Below, one piece after another: positions 41,201-53,200 of a DNA stretch of 64,000 bases. The notes under the pieces are model-generated. The model saw nothing but the letters and a program-made list of their open reading frames with translations, did not search any database and was not told the DNA's origin. Numbering within the stretch: position 1 is the stretch's first letter; each line of letters opens with the position of its first letter. The position numbers were made by a program, and so were the translations under genes. Where the stretch lies: contig NC_092674.1 in assembly GCF_964355755.1 (NCBI RefSeq), positions 28,892,001-28,956,000 of the forward strand, in the 5' to 3' direction. This DNA is from Antedon mediterranea (lineage: Eukaryota > Animalia > Echinodermata).

Positions 41201-44200
41201 TGCACTAGATGATTTGATTAAGCTTAACCCATCTCATCATTAACTACCTGCTTTCTTCCGCTAGTGATAATCATGCGGTGATTTAATCTACCCTTGCAGT
41301 CATTAGTTATATAAAATTAATTAGTACCAAAATATAAATCTGCGATAATTCTTCTAGTCCATCTAATAATACACACAATATTCTATAAATATAGCAACAA
41401 ATCTATTTAAAAACCATCAAAATATCTAAACTGTTATACTGTAGTTTACTATTTAATACCACAATTTGTTGGATACTGTACATTTGGAAAATGTTAAGGA
41501 TTTTATTTTGTCATTCTTAATTAAAGAATGTTGCCAAGGATAATCTTAGTGTAGGTGAATTTATTCACAGAGCTTTATTTTAAATTATTTATACTGGGAA
41601 TTATGATCAGTGGCTTTAGTAATACACCGGGGTAACCGCCTATTCGTCTAGAAAAATGTACTAGGTTCTTTAAATAAAGTGCACATGAGCCAGATGTGTA
41701 CACTGGACCTACGGTTTATAGTCCTTATCCGAGAAGACTTGTCCCGACACCAGAACCATGGAGCAAGTGAGCCTCGAACCACTGTCCACTCACTCGTCAG
41801 GTACTACACAAGTTGCTTGTACAAAACCAGTCTTATTACATTCTTTGGGGGTGGCTCAACCAAATCCAATAAATGCCTAGAGATTAGCAACTCATCCAAT
41901 CTGCTTCCCTAAGAGCTGAGACCTACTTTATGCAGCATGAAATAAGATACTGTATTGTACCCAATAAGAGTCATGGATTGATGAGCAACAATTCAGTTCA
42001 GTTGAGTCTCGACTAACTCAGGATTTTAGCGCCTCCTATCCTAATAAAGAAAATCAGCGGGCATAAACGACAACTAACGACTAAAAGGACAAAAATAATG
42101 CCTTGGCAAAAAAATAAAAATGATGGCAAAAAGTAGGAGCGAACATACTGTTATGTCAAGTGAAAATATACTGCAACGCTACCAGCTGTGTCACACAATT
42201 AAATAAATCAAAAGAAAGCTTTTTTTTAAAATGTCAACATTAACATTCATCTACTTCTACGGATAGAAGAGTTATTGCTTACAGCAACAATACGCTAATG
42301 AGGCAAATAAACAAAACAAAAAAAATGATTGTTTTACTGACAATCTATGCAATAATTTTCCATACATCTACGTCAACTATGACAACAATGATTAGTCTTG
42401 ACTTTTAATATGAAGAATTCACAAGTGCATTTTATAGGCTGTACCATAAACGGTCTTCACAATTATCCCAAAAGCTCACTAATGAGGACGAAATGCGATT
42501 GGACGTTATGAATAACATTCTGTCTGGTACGCATCAGAATTTGCGTAAACACCAGGCTGATGACCCCTATAATCTACAGGTTTTAATGTAACTCGAGTGA
42601 CACACTCAACATTTGTATGTTATTTGAAAAACAGGAAGATAGTAATTTGCGAGAACAAGTAAATCAAATCTAAATTGGGACAAGTTTTAAAAAATGAGGA
42701 GAGTGATGTCATGTATTTGTCACTGTTTTCTCCCTAATTTAAGTCGATGACAAATTTTGTGCCCACTTCTAATGAATAGAATATTAAGTCTTCCTGTGAT
42801 ACAAAGAGTTAAGAAAAATGTAAACTTGACGAAAACTGACGATGCTATATCTATTTCAATGCAAAGGTCAGTTTTTAAGCACACACATCTTAAAGATTGA
42901 GTTATTTATATTAGTTTAACACTCCCATAAGGGGAAACCTTCAGGACCCCAAAAAGTGTCCCTTAACAGGGATGTACCCTAAATAGGTGTCCCAAAGGGG
43001 TTCTACCATATCCAAAATAAGTACAGGTAATATGTTCTCTTCCTCTAAAGTTTCCATATTTTCTGATTTTATAATTTTAATTGCTTGAACAGTATATTGA
43101 TTCTTGTTGTCATTTATTTTTTTTAATATTTTATTTTATATATGTAATTTATGTGCTGGGCAAAGGTGGTAGATTTTCAAGGTCTTCCATATAGTCTTCC
43201 CACTCAGCCTAATTTCAACCCTGCTCCCATTCTAAATAACCTCTGCATAACTTTACATTTTTAGAATGTAATTAATTTGTATGATTACTTGAATGTTTTT
43301 ATACATATATATTTGTATAGTATGCACAAGCTCAATGCAGTTTCTTATGTCCTGATGAATAAAAAAACTTTGTAAATATTTTCCCCACCCACCTTTAACG
43401 TGACGACATCTCTTGATGTCTCTAGCTACATCCACAAAATGAGTAATGGAGATTTACGAAAGCAACAAGGCAGTTGAGAAAGTGACAACTTAATGGACAA
43501 ATTACTTGAATTCCTGTATAAATTCTTACCTGTACAGAACCGCCAGACTCAATGAGTCGGTTCTTCATTGCATCACTCCAGAAGCCCTTTTCAGTAAGGT
43601 CCTTTAACAAATGCTGATTCACAATCTAAAATTAACAAGCAAGGTTATTATAATTAATTTATAATTCAAGTAAAGACATGAATTGTCAAAAATAACAATT
43701 TAAAAACATAAAGAATACCTTGGGGTTAATTGGGTAGGTGACAAAACAGGGGCGAGTGCTATAAAAGAGCTAGGCATGTTATCAGGCTTAAAGGTTTACA
43801 AGGCTGGTACAGTAATAGAGAAATGTTTGTTTTTCCTTCTAAGATTGTAATTGGATAGGTGACAAATCATGGTCGCATTATAACTTAGAAAACCCTAGCA
43901 GACGACTTTCGATGCCAAACCTGGAGCAGATTCAGGGGACGTGGTTGTATCTCTAATAGATCATGGATCTACGAATGTGATTAATGAATGTGTGAATCTT
44001 ATACTGTATGTTTAAGCATACATTCACACAGTCAAATCAATAGAAATTATAGAATATACATCAGTAAGGCTCTGTCTACACTACCAAAAATGTGATGTGC
44101 CCATATATGGACACAGATGATGTCATATCACTACCAATACCATATTTGGGCACATCACACTTTTTTTGTCAAACTAGTTCAATGATAGTGCTTAACAATA

Positions 44201-47200
44201 TAAAAATCCTGCCAACAAACAAAAAATATTTTTTCAGTTGACTACCTAGAGAATAGATGAACACAGGAAATGTTATAAAGAAAGCGGATTTTTTGTTTTA
44301 CCCGGACAACTAGACAATCTCAGAGGATTATAGTACAATCATGTGCCAAGTTGACGCGGCAGCGTAAGCCACAAAACGACTCACTATTGTTGAGTCAAGA
44401 ATCGAATATCAATCAGTGAACACAATTACCGCTCGGGTTTAGGTAAAGTTACCTCTTCCGTTTATCATATTTGACAATTTTGTACTTAATTATATGACTA
44501 GACAATACCAGTTGAATGTCAGACAATCTGTAGTGGTTATAATAGAATTTAGAACCAAATAAAGCAGACCAGCTGTGTACCAAGGCAGAGTGTAATCCCA
44601 TGCGAGTATAATCTCCCCCGGGCTTAATTTAGGTTCAATTCAGACACAACACTCATTGTAACCCAAGAACAGTACCACCACCTAATCATAATCTCCTTGG
44701 GACTATATACTCAGTTATATACAGTAAACTCTCCCAATACCAGACACCAATGGGCTGGCCCAATATGACTGGTTTTCTGGAAGGTCTGGTATTTGGAATG
44801 CGTTTCTAATGGTAAAAATGAATTTGTGACCATTTGGACCTTAAGAAAAGTCTGGTATTGGGAGAGTGGCCGAGCGGTTAAGACAGTGGAACCGTAATTA
44901 CGTAGCCATAATATCGGCAAGGGTTCGAGGATCACTCGCTCCATGGTTCTGGTGGTAGAACGAGTCTTCTCGGATAAGGACTATAAACCGTAGGTCCAGT
45001 GTACACATAGCTCATGTGCACTTTAAAGAACCTAGTAAATCTTTCGAGACGAGTAGGGGGCTACCCCGGTGTATAGTCCACACAAACACAGCCACTGTCA
45101 CACACAGCCACTGTGCAATTGGGACTGGACCGCTTTTAGAGGTGTTTACCACCTGTTGGTCCCGATCCTTCACTAACAGTGTTAGTGAGAAGTTGAATAA
45201 TTAAAAAAGAAATAAAATAAGTAAAAAGTTTCCGGTATTAGGAGAGTTGACTATATAGCATATGGACTATTTGGCGCAACACATTTCCCCATTTCTAATA
45301 TCGTTGCAGTGTATATGACCATGAATAGAGACTGAAATTTCAACATACCTGAAATTCACCCGAAAGCACCCTTCGAGTGTAGATGTTAGTTGTGTACGGC
45401 TCAATGGATTCGTTGTTGCCCAATATTTGTGCGGTGGATGCGGTCGGCATCGGCGCTAACAGTAGACTGTTTCTTACACCGTATTTTGCAATATCTTCTT
45501 TAAGCGTCTTCCAATCACAAAGGTCGGTTGGTGTTACACCCCACATGTCATATTGAAGGACCTGATTATACAAACGTGTGAATGATTTTTAAGATGAGGA
45601 AACTGGCATCTATATGTTCATTACAACATAAATAAAATTTTATTTTCCTTTTAAAATGCAGTTCTATCGTGGTGGTGATTTACACAATTAAGCAATCTGC
45701 TAGTTATATTTTTCATATTGCTAGTTGACAGTTTTAAAACTAGTTTAGTGGTTTTAATTTTTTTTTAACAGTTACAGTCTAGCACTCTATTTTTTGTATT
45801 ATTTGATTAATTATTTGAATTAATTGTTAAAAACACATCTGCCCGATTGCTACTTGGGTAGCTCATCATGCAAGTTTTGTGGAAACTAGCAAACCTTCGC
45901 TATTGGATAAATAAGTAAAATTTTTTTCGCACCTGTTTTGTCCAATAAACAAACAAATCTTACCCCTTTACTAACAGGTGAACCTTCATAGGTCTCGTAA
46001 GGTCCAAGCTCCTTAGCGATCTCACAGCTAGCTTGTAGACTTGCATGGTAGATTGTTTCAAAGATTTGGATGTTGAGGTTTTGTGCTTCCTCACTCTCAA
46101 ATGGAAAGCGCATCAGGATAAACGCATCAGCTAAACCCTGAACACCGATGCCAATTGGACGATGTCGCATATTACTCTTCCTTGCCTAAGTTTATAACAT
46201 TAATAATAATACATAAATAGATATATATTCAATCAATACATTTTGATAATCAATACAATATTTGGATAATCAATACAATACTTTTGATACTCAATACAAC
46301 ACATTGTTTTATTTTGTCTTTAGGCATATGTGGCCAAGGATTGTACTGTAGTAAATAAATCACTGTCCAATCAGATAGGTGGTACTCCAGCTGATACAGG
46401 AGCTACTTTATGAACCAGTTTCACCAGTCTCGAATGATGAACTGGGTTCTTAAGGTGCACACAGCTGTGTACACTAGACCTACGGTTCATAGTCCTTATC
46501 CAATATTGTTTAGGTACAGTAAATGGTGCCCTGCCTTAACCGCTCGGCCATTTGACTTTTATAATCAACACAATAAACAATCAATACATAATTTATTGAT
46601 AATCCATCAATACAATATTTATTGATAATCCATCAATACAATATTTATTGATAATCCATCAATTACAATATTTATTGATAATCCATCAATACAATATTTA
46701 TTGATAATCCATCAATACAATATTTATTGATAATCCATCAATACAATATTTATTGATAATCAATAAAATATTTATTGATAATCAATACAATGCATATTTG
46801 ATAGATAATCAACGAATAAAATTCATATTTAGTGTGAACCATTGAGAAAGCACAGTTAAACCATATGTTTTTAATTACATTAATAAACTTACCTCAGGAA
46901 CAGGATAGTAATTTACTTCAATGATCTTGTTTAAATTTCTAGTTATCACTTTGGTAACATCAGCAAGTTTTTTAAAGTCAAATGTTCTATCATTATTTAC
47001 AAATCTTGGAAGAGCGATGGAAGCTAGATTGCAAACAGCCACCTAAATATGTAAACAACATCACTTTAGTAAGAACGTATCTAATCTTTAATAAATACAC
47101 TAAAAACTGGTCCCCTTGTTTTAGATTTTAAGATTTGTTGAATGTTTTTTACGTAGACAGTTTCCTATTTGCTATGTTATATATCTATGTATTTTTAAAC

Positions 47201-50200
47201 TCAGATTTTCAAGCCAAAAAAAGATATCTTGGGCCAGCTTGGGATTTCCGGTTTTGGGAAATTTGACTTAGCACAGTGAATACCTGGGAATGAATATAAT
47301 TGCCCCTGGCGACTCGCTGAGCGACATATTTTTGGGCAACTTAGGGATCTTTATAGAAATTGCAAGCTCAATATGAGTTGACGTTTGTTAGTTCTTCCAA
47401 TGATGAAGGTTTGTTGTAACAAATTCCTCTAAAAAAAATACAAACATCAAGAATAAAATCGTAGCACCTACCTCATCTGGGCTAGAGTATTCTACGATTT
47501 CTGTACACAGATTACTACATTTAATAGTGCCCAAGTTCTGTTGGTTGCTCTTTCTATTGCAGCTGTCTTTATACAGCATGTATGGCGTGCCTGTTTCAGT
47601 CTGTGCCTCTATGATTGCATACCAAACTTGCTGGGCTTTCACACTTCTTCTTGCACGGCCTTCTTTTTCGTATCTACATTAGAAATATTTATTAATATTT
47701 GTTTTGCTAAAATACTTTCTAAAAACCTCATTACGGTTTTTACTTCAGTTAAAATTTGATTTGCATGGCCATATTAACGTGCTAAGATGGACACTTGCAA
47801 AGAATGGTAGTGGAATCTCTCAAAAGTGTTATAAATGCAATTCAATAGTAGAACAATTTCCAGTTAGGGACACTGAACTTAGAGCTTCCAGTTATGGAGT
47901 CTGGATTTGGAAGAGTTGCCAATTAAGGACACTGAACTTAGAGCTTCCAGTTATGGAGTCTGGATTTGGAAGAGTTGCCAGTTAGGGACACTGAACTTAG
48001 AGCTTCCAGTTATGGAGTCTGGATTTGGAAGAGTTGCCAGTTAGGGACACTAAACTTAGCAGAGTTTCCAGTTATGGAGTCTGGATTTGGAAGAGTTGCC
48101 AGTTAGGGACACTGAACTTAGCAGAGTTTCCAGTTATGGAGTCTGGATTTGGAAGAGTTGCCAGTTAGGGACACTGAACTTAGCAGAGTTTCCAGTTATG
48201 GAGTCTGGATTTGAAAGAGTTGCCAGTTAGGGACACTGAACTTAGCAGAGTTTCCAGTTATGGAGTCTGGATTTGAAAGAGTTTCAAATTAGGGACACTG
48301 AACTTAGCAGAGTTTCCAGTTATGGAGTCTGGATTTGGAAGAGTTTCAAATTAGGGACACTGAACTTAGCAGAGTTTCCAGTTATGGAGTCTGGATTTGA
48401 AAGAGTTGCCAGTTAGGGACACTGAACTTAGCAGAGTTTCCAGTTATGGAGTCTGGATTTGAAAGAGTTTCAAATTAGGGACACTGAACTTAGCAGAGTT
48501 TCCAGTTATGGAGTCTGGATTTGAAAGAGTTTCAAATTAGGGACACTGAACTTAGCAGAGTTTCCAGTTATGGAGTCTGGATTTGGAAGAGTTGCCAGTT
48601 AGGGACACTGAACTTAGCAGAGTTTCCAGTTATGGAGTCTGGATTTGGAAGAGTTGCCAGTTAGGGACACTGAACTTAGCAGAGTTTCCAGTTATGGAGT
48701 CTGGATTTGGAAGAGTTTCAAATTAGGGACACTGAACTTAGCAGAGTTTCCAGTTATGGAGTCTGGATTTGAAAGAGTTTCAAATTAGGGACACTGAACT
48801 TAGCAGAGTTTCCAGTTATGGAGTCTGGATTTGGAAGAGTTGCCAGTTAGGGACACTGAACTTAGCAGAGTTTCCAGTTATGGAGTCTGGATTTGGAAGA
48901 GTTGCCAGTTAGGGACACTGAACTTAGCAGAGTTTCTAGTTATGGAGTCTGGATTTGTAAGAGTTGCCAGTTAGGACCTGGAATTCTGGTTATTGGAAGA
49001 GACTCCAGTTAGGGACACTGAATTTAGCAGTGTTTCCAGTTATGGAGTCTAGATTTAGAAGAGTTTCCAGTTAGAGAGCCTGGTATTTGTACGAACTGTC
49101 TGGTATTGGGAGAGTTGACTGCACTAAGAACCAGAAATTGACATACTTAAGATACAGTTCCTCAAATTCTTGACCCCACTTATCCTCAAGTCCAGGGCAT
49201 TCATGAGGACACATGAGTGACCAGTCACCATCACTCTCAACACGTTTCATAAACAGATCTGGAATCCAGAGACCGTAGAAGAGATCTCTTGCACGGTTTT
49301 CCTCAGCACCAGTGTTCTTCTTTAGATCCAGGAAGTCAAAAATGTCAGCGTGCCATGGCTCTAAATAAATTGCGAAGGCACCAGGTCGCTGCAAAAAGAA
49401 AATTTCACAAGAATTAAAGATATGCTGCTATGTATATACAACTGTAAAAACAGGCCCTGTGTTGGTAAAGTAGCCAATTGGTGTTCACTCGGACACAAAG
49501 AAAATAGATTTGGTAAATTGAGTGTGACTTTTACAAAACATTTTATACTTGACTAGTAGTACAGTATTATATCGATTGTTGATGAGGAAAATGAGAGTGG
49601 ACTATATAAGATTACTACTATACCTTGTTACCGCCTTGATCTACATATCGTGCTGTGTTGTTGTATACCCTTAACATTGGCACCAATCCATTTGACTGAC
49701 CATTTGTCTGTAAAAATTGGAAAATAAATCATATATAAAATTGATTTTCATATTTCAAAAATGTATTTATTCTCATATAGAATGTTAATCACTAAAATAA
49801 TACATTTTGAAAGTATATGCTTCTCTAGCCCTTTTACATCGCCTAGCAACACATGGGAATACAGGGCGCAAAACAAACAAAAACTTGGCACCCCAGTATG
49901 TGTAAACTCTGGCATTTTCTATGTAATGTGAAAGAGGTACAAGTAAAAGCTACTTAAGTTACCCCTGCAATGTAACTCCCAGCTGCACGGATACAATGAA
50001 CATTCACGCCAATGCCGCCAGCAGTCTTAGAAATCAAAGCACATTGTCTCAAGGTGTCGTATATACCATCAATGCTATCATCTGACATCGTAAGAAGGAA
50101 GCAACTAAAAAAATATTAAATCTAGTTAAGCTGATATAAAGTTTGCAGTACATCATGTAGATATACACCACATATATTAGTTCTGAAAAGAACTGTTGAG

Positions 50201-53200
50201 CTTCTCGACGTTTCGATCAATATGCTTTGATCGTCCTCAAAGCATTTGATTGAAACTTTGAGAAATTTAACAGTTCTTTTCTGAACTAATATATGTGGTG
50301 TACCACAAACTTTATATATCAACATTTGATTTCGCCATGCAAACCTTCAAACAATATAAATCTAGTAATGTTTAGACACTTTTATGTGTATATCTTTTGT
50401 GAAATTTACTTTTAATTAAATTTATAAAATCTTATCCAAACATGGTTTGATAGCAAGGCATCTAAAATCATGCTGAATTCTGAATAGGACAACTTGTTCG
50501 TACTCTTGCAGTACACGATAGTGCCGTGGGTTTTGAAGTACCAGTAAAATGATTCGTTTCATAAGTTTAAATTTACCTTGACAGTTGAGGGCGGTTTGTA
50601 CCAGCGTTGAAAAGTGTTGGGGAGGCATGTGTAAACCATTTCTCTGACATCAGGTTGTACGTCTAAAAAAAGAGATGAAGTTATAATTACTATGTAATAA
50701 CATCTTGTATTTGATAACATGAGCAATGAATTTTTAAAATTTGCTGCATCCTGGAATTTAGCACAAAATGACAAAAAAAATATATAACAAGTTCCAACTT
50801 ACAACCAATCAGTGCGTAATAAAATCCTGAAAATGTGCCTATATATGGACATGATTATGTCATATCATTACCATATTTGGGTATATCACTGTCATTTTTA
50901 GGTATATCACTGCCATATTTGGGCACATCACACTTTTTTTTACAAACTAGTTTGATAGACAGAGCTTAAAGGTTTATTCAAGATAAATATTTTGGTAAGA
51001 GTGCAACATGTCGTCCTCGAACCATCCGTACCTCTATAGCAGCATCAATGTCTTTATGATGAATGCCAACTGCCACTCTCATCAACATGTGCTGTGGACG
51101 TTCAGCAACTGCAATATACAAGACAGGTTATGAATGTTAAATGACATATTCTTTGAACTTGTAATTGGTAAACTAAACAAGTTGTCCAACAAGTGTGTTT
51201 GCTTGGTGGCTTAAACCAATATCCCAATGAAGAAAATAACATTTACATACTTAAACCTGACAAATACAGTAGAACAATATTCAGGGAAAACTTTCTTATG
51301 AAACGAATAAGGGACAATAAATGTTTTACATGAAAGGCAATCCATATGCACGAGACACCTTATTAAGGGACACTTTGTTGGGTCTTAAGGCATCCCTGTA
51401 ATAGGGGTTCAACTGTGTTTAACATATTCCAATCATTTCTAAAGCCACAAACCCACTCACCTTTTCCATCTAGCTTTAAAAGATATGATCTTTCTAGAGT
51501 TTTGAAACCAAAAAAATTGTAACCATAGTCTCGGTCGTAAATAATGGCAGAGTTCAAACGCTGAAAAGAAAACATTTTTTTGTGAATATTTTAGGGATGG
51601 GCAGTCATGGCAGTAACATTTGTTGTAAAAATAAATAATATTTTGCAATATGTGCAATATCTTGAAGGCGCTACATACTCTGATCAATCGGAAAACAAAA
51701 ATTAAGTCAGTTTACTCTGATATGAATATTGTGATTAACTCAACATATATTCTTGCTTTATCTTTTCACATGAAAATAACAAAATTATATTTGATAATTT
51801 GTTTTAATAAATCATGTCATCATTTAAACACATACCTCTTTATTGTCTACTATAATTTGGTAAATTTCATCAGAGATCATCGGCGAAGGTTTCTTGTTTC
51901 GTGGATTAACGTATGTATAAAGATCATGCATCACATCTGTAAAAGAAATATCAATGAAACTGCAAAATTGAAATTTTTAAAAATTGGCAGATGGTATTCA
52001 AACTTAAAACACAACCACAAAAACAGGACTTCATTACCACGACAACCACATTTCAACATAAGCAAGTCCCAAGCCGCCATACGAATGTGCGCATTGGGCC
52101 AATTGTAGGACAGGAAGTTGGTACAATCATAGGATTTTGTTAATAGGAATTACTTAAGACAATGCTGAGAACAAGATTGAATATCAATGTACGAGTATAC
52201 ACTATTAAACAAAGGTTATTGCATTGCAATGCGAAGCAGTAGTTTGACAAAAGTGCGATGTGCCCAAATATGGTAGTGATATGCCCAAATATGGTAGTGA
52301 TCACTATATCCATATATGGGCACATAATATAAGTGTTTAGGCCTGAAACTTTTTAGATTGGGCTGACTTTCTCTTAATCATATCAGACCTTACCACTAAA
52401 AACCTTCTTTGTTTCCTTGTGTAGGTTAGAAACAGCAATTCGTGCAGCCAAGACGGCGTAATCAGGATGTTTGGTTGTCATAGTGGCTGCTGTCTCAGCC
52501 GCCAAAGTGTCCAGTTCAACAGTGGTCACGCCTGGATAAATACCGCTGATTACCTTTTGAGTGATGGCAGCCTATTGTTAATAAACGAGACAATTACTGA
52601 AGTGTGTGGTATTTAAGTGGTTCTTAAGTGAATCATGAGGCAAGTGAGTTTAGTACTCGTATTGACTGCCTCCTCTCTTGGATGTGTTAATGTTTTTGTC
52701 ATGATTGTTTGAAACTATTTAAATAGTAGTACTGTCTATAACATGTTGTGTTAGTGCGTTCCATTTGTCTATGATTCTTTTGTCAAAAAAAGTGTCTCTT
52801 GTTTTGGTGATGTGCCTGGATTTTGATGGTGTTTGGGAGTGGCATCCTGGTTTGTGACGGATGGAAAAGAAGGTTGTAACGTCCAGGTCATCAAATCCAT
52901 TTCTGGGATGAAAGTAAAACTCTCAACTGTGTTTCAATTGATCAGAGGCAAATTTTATATTAATAAATTAAAATAAAAAAATTAATACACAAAATTGTTT
53001 GTGCCACAAAATGCACCTCTGTTGACTATGGCCATAGGAAATGATATTGTATGCAAAGGTATTTATTTGACTACTTGGTTGGGATCTTTCTTACCGCATC
53101 TACAAAGTCAGTATTCAGTTTATAACATAATTTGTCAACTCTTGATGTTACTTTGTCAAACATGACCTTCTCGCTTCGACCATCTGAAATAAAACAAGTC

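Noticed and set aside
44860-44945. tRNA gene
   Set aside because: The tRNA-like head continues into a SINE core found three times in the window
51650-52108. 152-aa + strand ORF
   Set aside because: Antisense to RRM1 exon 4 and flanking AT-rich introns; no domain or proper start
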